A stretch of 59,028 nt of DNA, from assembly GCA_037445065.1 (NCBI GenBank), contig JBBILD010000023.1:1-59028 (forward strand), given 5' to 3'. A program made the translations under genes and the position numbers. The notes under the pieces are model-generated. The model was not told where the DNA came from. It ran no database searches and saw nothing but the letters and a program-made list of their open reading frames with translations. The stretch comes from Myxococcales bacterium (GTDB lineage: Bacteria > Desulfobacterota > Binatia > HRBIN30). How positions within the stretch are numbered: position 1 is the stretch's first letter; each line of letters starts with the position of its first letter. Positions 49,320 to 59,028 of the stretch are shown here, piece after piece.

Positions 49320-50114
49320 CTAGCGGCCGCGAAAGTTTGGCGGGCGGCGTTCGAGAAACGAGCGCACACCCTCTTGCATGTCTTCGGATTGGGCCACGAT
49401 GCACTGGGCCAGCCCTTCTTCCTCGAGCGCGGTGTCCAAATCGCTTTCCAAGGAGCGGTTGAGTAGCCGTTTGGACATGGCCAGCGCCACCGTGGGCCCG
49501 TTGGCCAGGCGCTGAGCCCACTCGCGCCCCGTGGCTTCGAGCTGCTCCGGGGGGAGCACCCGATTCACTAGGCCCCAGCGCGCAGCCTCTTCCGCATGGA
49601 GATCGTCGCCAAAGAACACCAGCTCCTTGGCGCGGCGCAGTCCGACCAAGCGGGGCAACAAGAACGCACCGCCCGCATCTACCGCCAGGCCGCGCCGAAC
49701 GAACACCTCGATGAAACGCGCTTCGGTGGAAGCAAGCACGAAGTCGCACGCGAACGCTAGGTGCGCGCCGAGGCCGGCAGCCACGCCGTGCACCACCGCT
49801 AGGGTCGGCTTTTCGAGTTCCCACAAGGTGCGGATCAAGCGCTGCGAGCTTGCCTTCATGATCAGGCGGGTGGCACCGGGCCCGCTCGGCCCGGGGGCAC
49901 GCGGGCCGCTCAAGTCGGCTCCCGTACAAAAGCCCTTGCCCGCTCCGCTCAACACAACAGCGCGGATGTCGGGGTTCGTCTGAGCGTCGCTCAGCACCTG
50001 CAGCAGTTCGTCCCGCATTTGGGCGTTGACTGCGTTGCGTTGTTCGGGCCGGTTCAGAGCGACCCAGCAGATGTGCTCTTCGAGACGAACAAGCAGAGTT
50101 CCGAAATCCGTCAT
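49320..50114 (-). CDS. Enoyl-CoA hydratase/isomerase
   Basis: Motifs LNRPEQRNA, FCTGADL, GVAAGLG and EGVRSFLERRPPNF. Confidence 0.92.
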   Translation of the reverse strand: MTDFGTLLVRLEEHICWVALNRPEQRNAVNAQMRDELLQVLSDAQTNPDIRAVVLSGAGKGFCTGADLSGPRAPGPSGPGATRLIMKASSQRLIRTLWELEKPTLAVVHGVAAGLGAHLAFACDFVLASTEARFIEVFVRRGLAVDAGGAFLLPRLVGLRRAKELVFFGDDLHAEEAARWGLVNRVLPPEQLEATGREWAQRLANGPTVALAMSKRLLNRSLESDLDTALEEEGLAQCIVAQSEDMQEGVRSFLERRPPNFRGR

Positions 50115-50148
50115 GGTGCAGGCTCCGATGGGGTCTTGCCGTCTTGGT

Positions 50149-51498
50149 TTACTTGCCGAAGCGATTCAGCGTGGCGTAGTCGAAAAAGCCACTCGGGAAG
50201 CGTACCTTGCGGTCGTTCGGTACGTCCTTACCTGCGGGCAGCAGACCACCGAGAGTGGCACGCTGCATCTTCACGTTTTCAGCGCACTGATACGAGAAAT
50301 GCGAGGACCATTGGTATTCGATCTTGCCATCGGTTGGGCGACGGTTTTTGTCTCTCTGGTAGGTGAGCACTTGCAGGGTGTTGACCAGCTCGCCATTCCA
50401 CCCGAACTTGCGGTTCCAGGCGCCGAGATACGTTTCTTTGTCGATGTACAGTTGAATGCGCCCGTAAAGGTAGTAGCGGTCTTTAGGTACCCCCTCGATG
50501 ATCCACATCGGCCGTTTTGCCAACGCGGCGCGCACGGGTGCCCAGGCAACACCCGTCCAGCCCGGCTTCTGGAACCCCACCACCGGTTGGTCGTCCCAAA
50601 TCGTGCGCCAGCCGCCTTCGGGAAGCCAGCGTCGCTCCGGCATGCGTTCGAAGCTTTCCGCGTCTACCAACCGGAACATCTCTGTTTCGCCCACATACGA
50701 CCAAGTGAAGTCTTCCGGCTTGCCGTCGAAGAAGGGGCCATCGTCTTGGCTCATGTCGGAGCCGAGAAAGCCGTCTGAGCGGTTGGCCGGACTGACCGCG
50801 CGAATCCGGCGTAAGGCTGGCACGTAGGCCCAGTTCGAGTCGCGCTTGTTGGGGTCGCGGTAGCGCCATGTGAGAGACGCCGTACCGTGGAGGTCGGCGG
50901 GTGCAGTGGCGACGGCGACGAACTGACTCAAGAAGTTGTTCGGGTTCTCGAGGCGATAATCCGGGTCTTGCCCGTCGTAGTAAAGGAAGTAGACGTCTTG
51001 GATCGCTTGCCGGTCTACTCCCGCAGGGCGCGCCCAGACGAGCAGCACGAGGTTGCGCGAACTGCCCTCGTTCCAATAATGGTAGAAGAAATTCCACAAG
51101 ATCTTGATGCCGGCATTGGGGTCGTTTTTGGCGTCAATGTCAGGAAACGGTAGTCCGTAAATAAACGGGGGCTGCTGGCGGGTGTCCACGCTGATCACGG
51201 TGCCCTCGGGGCTCACCGTGTACCGGCCTTTGTTCGTTTCGGTGGCCTGCAAGAAATTCGGGTCCCAGCGGTACACGCCGAGCGGAAAGTCAATGATGCG
51301 GTTTGTGTAATGCCCCTGCCGGTAGTGTTCGAGGATCTCGGGCGGCAACAGTCCTTGTGCTAAATGCCAGTTGTCTTTGCTCAGTACATCTCCTGGCTTG
51401 AGGCCGCCCCCTGCTGGCGCAGTTTCCGTGGACTGTGCCAGCGCCGCGCCACACCAAAGCACCCAAGCTGCATAAGCCAGCCATCTCATCCGTCGCAT
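50149..51498 (-). CDS. DUF1329-domain exported protein
   Basis: Signal peptide, GLPFP, PADLHGTASL and WAYVPALRRIR. Sits next to an RND and a YCF48 gene. Confidence 0.8.
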   Translation of the reverse strand: MRRMRWLAYAAWVLWCGAALAQSTETAPAGGGLKPGDVLSKDNWHLAQGLLPPEILEHYRQGHYTNRIIDFPLGVYRWDPNFLQATETNKGRYTVSPEGTVISVDTRQQPPFIYGLPFPDIDAKNDPNAGIKILWNFFYHYWNEGSSRNLVLLVWARPAGVDRQAIQDVYFLYYDGQDPDYRLENPNNFLSQFVAVATAPADLHGTASLTWRYRDPNKRDSNWAYVPALRRIRAVSPANRSDGFLGSDMSQDDGPFFDGKPEDFTWSYVGETEMFRLVDAESFERMPERRWLPEGGWRTIWDDQPVVGFQKPGWTGVAWAPVRAALAKRPMWIIEGVPKDRYYLYGRIQLYIDKETYLGAWNRKFGWNGELVNTLQVLTYQRDKNRRPTDGKIEYQWSSHFSYQCAENVKMQRATLGGLLPAGKDVPNDRKVRFPSGFFDYATLNRFGK

Positions 51499-51531
51499 CG
51501 CCTCACCTCGGGTAGAGCTGCGCCCTATTTG

Positions 51532-53928
51532 TCACCGACTCGCACCGGCTTGCAAGAGCACTGCCTCGCTTCGGTGATTGGCACGCTCGGTGGCAAAACG
51601 CGGGCGCAGGAGGGAGACCATGGCGGGGATGAAGATCAAGGCGCCTGCTGCGTGGAAAATCATGAGCAGCATCAACACCAGCGCCATTTCCGCTTGGAAC
51701 TTGAGCGGAAAGAACAGCCAGAAGACGACGCTTACCACCAGCGTAGTGCATGTGAAGATGATGGCCTTGCCTGTCGTCAGGATTGTGCGTTGGTTGGCCT
51801 GATCGAAGTCGGGGGTTTGCTCGTACTCCTCGACGATGCGGCTCAGCACGTAGTAACCGTAGTCAATGCCGATCCCGATACCCACCGCGGCCACGGGCAA
51901 AGAGTTAATGTTGAAGTCGATTCCCAGCAGGTACATCACCGCCTCCGAGAGCGGCTGGGCGACGATGGAGGGAATCATCACGATCAGCGCCCCGATCACT
52001 GACCAGTAGGTGAGAAAACTGAGCACGAAGACCACGAAGAAGATCAAGGGTACGTTGACGCGATACGACCACTCCACCTCCTCGTTGGTCGCAGCGAGGA
52101 TCCCGAGCAGGCCACCCGCGAGGAGGTAACGGACACTGTCTTCGGGTTGGCTGTTCTCGCGAATGTACGCCTTGGCCCGGTCAATGGCGTTGTGGATGAT
52201 CTCGTTGTTGTAGTTCCGGTAGAGGATGGTGATGGTGGCGTTGGTGTAATCGGGGCTGAAGAAGCGGTCCATCTCGCCGCGGCTCGTGCCAGCGGTGAGT
52301 AGGTAGAAAAGCTGCCCGATGTGATCGTCGCGGGTGGGGAGCATTTCCCACTTGGGGTCCCCCTCCCGAAAGGTGCGGTAGATCTTCTTGAGCAGGGTGG
52401 CGGCGGTGATGTTTCCGTTGGCACCGTCGCCCTGCGTCATGTGGCGGGCGAAGAGTTCGATGTTGTTGAGGGTTCTTGCGTCCTTGATCGCTTCGGGTTT
52501 CTTCCCTTCGGCGATAATCACGAGCTGGCTGGCCACGCCAACGAACTTTTCGTTGAGTTTGCGGAAGGCGACGTTGTACGGGTGATCGGGGTAGAGCAGC
52601 GCGGCTCCCGGTTCTGTGTCTCCGGTCTTGAGCTTGTGTGCGAAGTACAGACCGAAGACCATCGTTGCCGCGAACAGAGCCACTACAAACCAGCGCAGGT
52701 TCCCCTGCCCGACGGCAATGAGCCCGCGGCTGATCCCGCCATAAATCGCGTCCGAGAGGCGCCCGACCTGCGGCTGCTCTTTGGGCGGCCGTACAAAGGT
52801 CAAGATAATCGGATGCAGCGTCACCACGCTCAAGAAGATGCTGATGATCCAGAAGCTGGCTACAAAGGCGAGCTTCTGCATCAGTGGAATGCTGGCCACG
52901 GCGATGGTGAGAATGGCAACGCCATCGGCGACGATCGAAACCATCGCCGGCGGAAACAGCGCCCGGTAGGAGCGCACGATGGCCTCGTGCTTGTCGTGGC
53001 AGAGGTAGTACTCGTCGTGGTAGCGCTCCATGGACTGCACGGAGTGGCTCAGGGCGCGGGCGGTGATCAGTACAAAGACCACCAGCACCAGCGGATCGAG
53101 CGTGAAGCCGCAGAGCCCAGCGAAACCCAGCCCCCAAATGGCGCTCATCAGCCCCGAGAACACGGGGATCAGCACGCCTTGCAAGGAGCGGAAGTAAAAC
53201 CACAGCAGCACGACGATCGCCACGCCCGTGGCCAAGAACACGTATCCCATTTTGCCCAATGCTTCGTTGAAGTACGCGTACAGCACGGGCGGACCGGCCA
53301 CGTAGATTTTGACGAGCCCGTCGGCTTCTTCCCGTTGCACGATCTCTTGCACGCGCCGCCACATGGTCTTCAGGTCGAAGTACTCCTCCCAGAAGCCGGC
53401 GGTGATCAGCGTGGCGGTGTCGTCGGGTGACACGAAGAAACCGCGCACCCCCTCCGTCGTGTACACCTTCTGGCGCAGGAACTCCATGTCCTCCTGATCG
53501 CGCGGCAGGCGCGGGTACATGAGCGGTACGACCTTGATGCCCGAGCCTGAGGTCAGCGTGGTTTTGAGTTTCGGGTGCGTGATGGAGAGCACCTGCTCGC
53601 CATTGACGCCCGGCACCGTGTGCAAGAGGTCTACGGTGATGCGGTCCACCTTTTCGATGATCCGCGGGTCGTCGAAAATCGTGCCCTGCTTGGCTTCGAC
53701 CACCATCACCAGTTGGTTGGCCGTGCCGAACATGTTTCGGTACTTGATGTACAGTTGGATATACGGGTGGTTCGGCGGCATGAGATCGAAGAAGCTCGTG
53801 AAAATGGTGAGCTGTGTAGCGGTGAACCACACGAAAAAGAGCGTGCCGAGCCCGACCACGACCGACACCGCAACACGGTGGCGGAGGAGAAAGTAGAGGT
53901 AGGCTTCGATCCAACCTTTCGGCAGCAT
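51532..53928 (-). CDS. MMPL/RND-family transporter
   Basis: Two repeats of a periplasmic domain plus TM bundle, with ARALSHSVQ..ERY, GIGIGIDY and TTGKAI. Confidence 0.9.
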   Translation of the reverse strand: MLPKGWIEAYLYFLLRHRVAVSVVVGLGTLFFVWFTATQLTIFTSFFDLMPPNHPYIQLYIKYRNMFGTANQLVMVVEAKQGTIFDDPRIIEKVDRITVDLLHTVPGVNGEQVLSITHPKLKTTLTSGSGIKVVPLMYPRLPRDQEDMEFLRQKVYTTEGVRGFFVSPDDTATLITAGFWEEYFDLKTMWRRVQEIVQREEADGLVKIYVAGPPVLYAYFNEALGKMGYVFLATGVAIVVLLWFYFRSLQGVLIPVFSGLMSAIWGLGFAGLCGFTLDPLVLVVFVLITARALSHSVQSMERYHDEYYLCHDKHEAIVRSYRALFPPAMVSIVADGVAILTIAVASIPLMQKLAFVASFWIISIFLSVVTLHPIILTFVRPPKEQPQVGRLSDAIYGGISRGLIAVGQGNLRWFVVALFAATMVFGLYFAHKLKTGDTEPGAALLYPDHPYNVAFRKLNEKFVGVASQLVIIAEGKKPEAIKDARTLNNIELFARHMTQGDGANGNITAATLLKKIYRTFREGDPKWEMLPTRDDHIGQLFYLLTAGTSRGEMDRFFSPDYTNATITILYRNYNNEIIHNAIDRAKAYIRENSQPEDSVRYLLAGGLLGILAATNEEVEWSYRVNVPLIFFVVFVLSFLTYWSVIGALIVMIPSIVAQPLSEAVMYLLGIDFNINSLPVAAVGIGIGIDYGYYVLSRIVEEYEQTPDFDQANQRTILTTGKAIIFTCTTLVVSVVFWLFFPLKFQAEMALVLMLLMIFHAAGALIFIPAMVSLLRPRFATERANHRSEAVLLQAGASR

Positions 53929-53931
53929 ACG

Positions 53932-54966
53932 CTAACGCCCCGCAGGCAGCTTGAGGTTTTCGCCGTCCACACGCACGGTGAGCCCACCGGCGCCAACGAA
54001 CAGGCCGGCGCCGTTGGAGACCAGGCTCACGCTGCGAATCCAACCGAGGCGCCACGCTGCCGGCACCGGCTTTCGCTCCCAGGTCGTACCCCCGTCGGTG
54101 CTAACGAACACCGTGCCGATGTCTCCCACCGCGATTCCCATCCTCCCGCGCACGACAATGTCGTAGAGACTCGCGTTTTCCATCGCCTCTGCCACTCCCA
54201 CCTGTTCTAGTGCCCCGATCTCCGGATCGCCCCGCACCACTTGCCAGGTCGTACCCCCGTCGCGCGTGCGCAGGATGAGGCCGTCGAGCCCACAGGCCCA
54301 GCCGTTTTGCGTGTCGGCGAAATGCACCCCGAACAAGGTTTTCGCCACGCCGGGGTCCTGCTCGATCCAGGTCTGTCCGCCGTCCTTGGTGTGCAGCACT
54401 GTACCCGCTTCACCCACAAGCCAGCCGTGGCCCGGGTCGGGCCAGGACTGGCTGTACAGGATGACGTCCCGCTCGAACGAACGGTCCTCCCACGTTTCAC
54501 CCCCGTCGCGTGTGAACAGGAGTGCACCCCAGTCCCCCGCCGCCCACGCCCTCCGCTCGTCCAGGCCAGCGACGTGAAAGAGGTGCTTGCCGCCACCGAC
54601 GACTTGCTTGCGCCAGCGCGCCCCACCATCGCGCGTATGCAGGATGACCCCTTGCCGGCCTACGGCCCAGCCTACGCGGGAATTGACGAAGTCCACCGAA
54701 AAGAGTGGCTCCTGCGTACCCGACGCCTGCATCTGCCAGCGCTCGCCCCCGTCGCTGGTGTGGTAAATCGTGCCAAACGCACCGACGACCCAACCCTCAT
54801 CCGCGCTGACGAAATCGGCGGCGTAAAGGTTGTCTACAATCCGCTGCACCAGCGCATCGGCTCGCGCCACCGCCAGGCCCACCGCTGCGACTGCGACAGC
54901 CCACAAGAACCACGCGGCGACTCCCTGTTCTTCCCTTGCTCTGACTCGTTGCACCTTCCTGCTCAC
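53932..54966 (-). CDS. YCF48-like BNR/Asp-box beta-propeller protein
   Basis: Repeated T.DGG..W motifs and an N-terminal signal/TM segment. Confidence 0.88.
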   Translation of the reverse strand: MSRKVQRVRAREEQGVAAWFLWAVAVAAVGLAVARADALVQRIVDNLYAADFVSADEGWVVGAFGTIYHTSDGGERWQMQASGTQEPLFSVDFVNSRVGWAVGRQGVILHTRDGGARWRKQVVGGGKHLFHVAGLDERRAWAAGDWGALLFTRDGGETWEDRSFERDVILYSQSWPDPGHGWLVGEAGTVLHTKDGGQTWIEQDPGVAKTLFGVHFADTQNGWACGLDGLILRTRDGGTTWQVVRGDPEIGALEQVGVAEAMENASLYDIVVRGRMGIAVGDIGTVFVSTDGGTTWERKPVPAAWRLGWIRSVSLVSNGAGLFVGAGGLTVRVDGENLKLPAGR

Positions 54967-54983
54967 GGCTGAAGGATTCCTGC

Positions 54984-55013
54984 CATATACGGCGTGCGAA
55001 CGCTGCGAGTCAA
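54984..55013 (-). promoter_or_regulatory. Putative sigma70 promoter of the YCF48-RND-DUF1329 operon
   Basis: TTGACT-N18-TATATG on the minus strand, just upstream of GTG 54966. Confidence 0.45.
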
Positions 55014-56688
55014 CTACAGGTTAACAACTGATAATTGCGGCTGGCTCCCGGTTTCTGTTTCTCAGGCCAGTGGCGCCGGCGCCGAGACGCCATGGGTGCT
55101 CCTGCATTTTTGGCCCTGCCTGTATGCCTGAATCCAGGAGCGTGGATCGGGTTTGCTCGCGTTCGTCTCGCACCCCGCGCGAGGAGCAAGGGGTTTTGTG
55201 AGCCCAGATCCGTTGCATGAGGCAAAGCTTCTCGAGTGATGGTGAGTTGCTCAAGTGCTCTATCGAGAGGGAAGAAATGGAAGTCGCCCTTTGTGGGACG
55301 CGGAAACCGGATGTGTCTAACAACGCGAAGAGTCCACGGAGTGGGAGCCCGTTGGTAAGCGACGTACTTTCTCCGCAAGCGCAGTCGAACGAAAGTAAGG
55401 CAGGACTCGCTGTTTCTGCGACGGGGCAAGGGGAGGAAAAAGCCCTCCGAACAGGATATGTTTGCAAAGCCAAGCGGTTGTTCGGTCGTGCACAAGACCA
55501 GTTCCCCGGTTTACTCGCCGGGGCCGTGCAAGCGAGATGCGCGTCCGCATCGCAGCAGCGTGTTCTGCTTCACATCGTTGGCGTTCGCCTTGCAGGGGCG
55601 CAGGCTTTCGCCTGCGGTGCATGCCTCGCAGGCTCTCCGGGATGCTGCGGAAGAGGCGGATCTTCACTGGCTCGCGCGCCACGGCGACGGCGCTTTGCTT
55701 GACTGGGACGTGCCGGGTCGTCCACGTCTTCGGTCGGATGTGCCGGCACGCGGCGTGCCTTTTTACGTTCTCGGGGAGACGTCTGTAACCAGGACTTATA
55801 CCTGAGCCCTCGGGGCTGGATGCTGGCAACCTTGTTGGGGCTCTCCAGCGGGAGCGGCCGGGGGCGCCAGGCGCTCTTCATCTCAGCAGGCGGGCGCCAC
55901 GAAGCAGACGAAATTCGGTGCAGGACGAGTCGCCGGCGCTGGCCTACCTGCCCGCCTTGCGCCGCAGTGCACCTTCACGCCCGCGCCTCCGTCCGCTTAT
56001 AGTCGAGTGAATGTTGCAAAGAAGCCGGCTACGAGTTCCGCAGGTCAAAAGCGGCGGCCCGCGCCGCTGGGAAACGACCATGATTGCGCAGCTTCTCAGG
56101 AACCTTTGCTCGCTGTTGGACCTGCCCCGACAGGGCGCTGCAGACAAGCTTGTCTCGTTGGGGGCGATTTCAACTCATTGCGGCACGTACAGGCGTCACA
56201 GCGAAGCCCGGCATACGTTGGTCTTTCTGGGCGTGGCACCGAAACCGCCCTCGAACGGCGTGCTGCTCGGCGCGGGTGCGAGGGCCTCCTGCAGCGCGCA
56301 GCCGCACGATCACCCGCGGCGCGGCGGAGAGACGCGAGGCGTCTTCGGCATTGCAGAGGTTCCGCGCCGCATCGAGCCGCTGGCCGGGACAAAATTCAGC
56401 GCAGGAAGTTCTTCGGGGGCGGTTTTTCGGGTGACATCCCCGGCCCCTGGTATTGGAGCGTTCCCGAGACAATGTTGATGCCGAACCGCGCGCGGGAACC
56501 CGGGGGGTGTTGCACTCAGCGCCTGGTTGCGTCGCGGAACGGTTGCTTGCGGAGAGTCGCTTTGGCTGGCTTCACTTCTCGGCAACTGACGGCTTCCCCG
56601 CGGAGCAGCGGCGGTGCGGGCGAGGCCGCGTGGAGCTCCGGCGCCCGGCAATAGTGTGGAGCGCGCTTGGGCCCGAGGCCGCAGGCAC

Positions 56689-57909
56689 ATGAGGTGGGCA
56701 GCGAGCTCAAAGGATCTTTGCGCGCGCCTAGCGCTGGTCGTGCTTGGTGTGCTCGGCGGTATGCTGGTGGCAGAAGCGGCGCTGCGGACCAGCGGCTGGA
56801 GGCGTCAGTTTGCGCGGCCCGACGCCGTGGTCGGGTACGTGCTGGAGCCGAACTTTCAGCGCTCCGTACCCGTGCACGGGTTTCCCGGAGGTTCGGTCGT
56901 GCTTCGGACGAACAATGTCGGATTGCGATGTGACACCGACGTGCCGCTCGCCAAACCTGCGGGAACGGCGCGCATCCTGGTGCTGGGGGATTCGCAAGCC
57001 GAGGGCATCGTCCCCAACGGTGACACTTTCAGTAGTCGGATCGAACGTGCTCTGAACCGATCCCAAGGGGGCGCAGCCGGCTTCCGCATCGAGGTACTGA
57101 ACGCCGCCGTGAGCGGTTACTCACCGCTGCTCGAGTACCTGTGGATGGCAGGCTACGGGCGAGCCTTGCACCCTGATTTGGTCCTCCTGGCGGTGTACGT
57201 CGGTAACGACGTCGCGGACGTATTGATGCATGAGGTAGACTTCGGAGGGTTTGGACGGCGCTTTCAGATCGCCTCGCTCGATTGGCAAAGATGGCGAATG
57301 GCAGATCCTTCTTTCGGTCTAGCGCGGTGGCCGCCTGCGACGAGCGAATTGGCTGCTGCAGTGCCACTCGGGGCTCTACTCTCTGCTGCGCCGCACCGTG
57401 GGCCGAAGTTCACGGGAGGACGGCGTCTGAAAACGTGTCGCGCAGCACTGTTTTGGATGCCTGCAGAGCTTCTGGCAAGCCGCGGTGGTGCATACAGATC
57501 CGGCGCAGCCTGCAGAAGGTTTTGAGCGCCTCGACTATGTGTTCGGCTTGTTGGTAGAAGCGTCGCGGACCGGTGGCATGCCCCTGCTCGCAGTTGTGAT
57601 TCCCACCAAGGTCGAGGGGGCTCCGTGCAAGAAGAGATGCAGCGCGCCGCCGAGATGCTTGGCCTTCTATGCGATGCTGCCGCCTTCGGCGGCGCGGTGG
57701 GCGAGAGGATCGTGGGGTTGCTGGAGCGACGGGGTGCTCCGACGGTGGATCTTTTGCCGGCGCTGCGCGCTGCGTTTGCCGCGCAGGGAGCACCGCTTTT
57801 CTGGGCGGCCGATTGGCACCTCAATGTGGCTGGGCACGCCGTTGTCGCGGACACCGTAGTACCGGTCCTTGGGCGCATTCTCGCGCGTGAGCACTCGCCG
57901 ATGCCTTGA
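56689..57909 (+). pseudogene. SGNH/GDSL hydrolase-like pseudogene
   Basis: RILVLGDS, NAAVSGY and VGND lie in frame 1. After a shift near 57288, frame 2 carries stops at 57320 and 57428. After a shift near 57620, frame 1 carries DWHLNVAGH. Confidence 0.8.
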
Positions 57910-58762
57910 TGCCGTCGTCGCCTCTTCGTAGAGGGTGGAGTACAAGCTTCCCGGATGGGAGCGTGCCGCCGGAGTGCTGCGTGGCGGCAAACCTGGCGCC
58001 GTTGTGGCCTGCCACCCGGCGGACGCTGCCGTTGATGATCAGCACCACAGATGCGCACTTGCCTTGCAACGCTGCGCTTTTCGAATGCGCTCCGCGAACC
58101 AAGGTCGCCGCTGCACACGATGGAGCGCGCTTCTGCGCGTTTGCGCCTCCGCGCAAGGCCGGTTCTGGAGGGTGTTTGGGTGCGACGAAGCCGAGCGGAG
58201 GAGTGGTTGCAGCGCTTCCGCGCCGAGTCCGTGCGCTGGTTGTCCGCGGCGTGGGAGACCGGTAGTGCATCTTTGCGCCAGGACGCTTGTCGCTGGTGGG
58301 CCAGGACTCGAGCGTGTTGATTGGCTCGATTCGCGTTCCCTTCCGTTTTTTCCGGGGCCTCTTTTCCGGCACCGCGCTGTCAGGCCGTATGGCTCTCCGG
58401 TTTACGTCGCGGCCGCCGCGGCAACGGTTGCCGCGCTGGACCCGGCGGCTCCGACGAACATCGAAATCATGCACGCAGCTACCACAGCTTCCCGAGTGGT
58501 GGTGTGGTTCCCAGCGGCTCGGCCATCCCTGGCGCCAGCTTCCGCTGTGCGGGGAAGGCCGCCTCGTCGACCGTGTCGGCGGGCGGCAGTGCAATGAAGG
58601 ATTGCAATCCGGGGCACCTTTTCGCCAGCTCGCAGTGGCTTAGGTTGTCCGCGCGATCTGGTCGGATGCCAAGGTGCGCTCGGGGTCTGGGAGCTGGGCA
58701 GCGAGGGCTACGCGGGCATGGAGGAGGGGCGGACTTGCTGTCTGCGGTCGCGACACGGTGCT

Positions 58763-59028
58763 TCATTTTGCTCGCCTGTCCGTGCCGGCAGGAACACGGT
58801 CGTACTCCCGCACCACGATCTCGAGAAAGCGCAGAGTCTCTTCCAAAGCCCCGAGCGGGATGCGCTCGGCGCGGTCCTGCGCGCTGTGTAAGCCGCGCGG
58901 AATGCCGAACGGGGGAACGGGATTCAACACCGTGGCCGCAGGGCGGCCGGCACGCAAGAACGACCAGGCATCGGTGAGCCCACTGAGATCAAGCACGGGA
59001 ATGGGCTTTTTGCGCAGCCGCTGGTGGG
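58763..59028 (-). CDS. C-terminus of an M28/M20-family metallopeptidase (truncated by the window end)
   Basis: TDAWSFLRAGRPA...LHSAQDRAERI..LEE; the frame is open to the window end. Confidence 0.65.
   Translation of the reverse strand, partial: HQRLRKKPIPVLDLSGLTDAWSFLRAGRPAATVLNPVPPFGIPRGLHSAQDRAERIPLGALEETLRFLEIVVREYDRVPAGTDRRAK

Noticed and set aside
52181..54055. 624-aa same-strand alternate-frame ORF over the RND gene
   Set aside because: Arg/His/Pro-rich off-frame translation of a real gene.
56007..56654. LVGGDFN resembling an endonuclease/exonuclease/phosphatase motif
   Set aside because: An isolated short match with no other family motifs in any frame.

Overview
This is a GC-rich bacterial chromosomal segment of about 59 kb. 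The organism is probably a diderm of Candidatus Binatia/Binatota type, inferred from a CxGDC dockerin-like C-terminal domain, LptE and the gene repertoire. The housekeeping core (9990-26306) is dut-purCSQLF-nrdR-ribD-ribBA-ribH-nusB-leuS-lptE / rpsT / murJ / mazG / grxC. It is flanked by lipid- and glycan-catabolic genes: a FadA5-like thiolase, two SDRs, a GH94 plus discoidin-glycosidase pair, an endoglycoceramidase-like GH5, and YCF48-RND-DUF1329-ECH. No tRNA, rRNA, CRISPR array or intact mobile element was found. The most interesting signal is at 5280-7716 and is only partly visible in the ORF track. It is a tandem of two units, each a secreted His/CAAC leader ORF (the first ends in the ribosome-arrest motif RAPP), a hairpin-rich spacer, and a mutually homologous exported HxD...HxH protein. 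It looks like an arrest-peptide-controlled metal-acquisition module, and both cargo genes carry a single-base lesion. Also notable are a catalytically degenerate PilB/GspE ATPase fused to an intact receiver domain next to a stand-alone Hpt, a RibBA whose RibB half looks dead, and a hairpin-rich 1.1 kb intergenic region. All family calls come from motif recognition by eye; no database searches were run.
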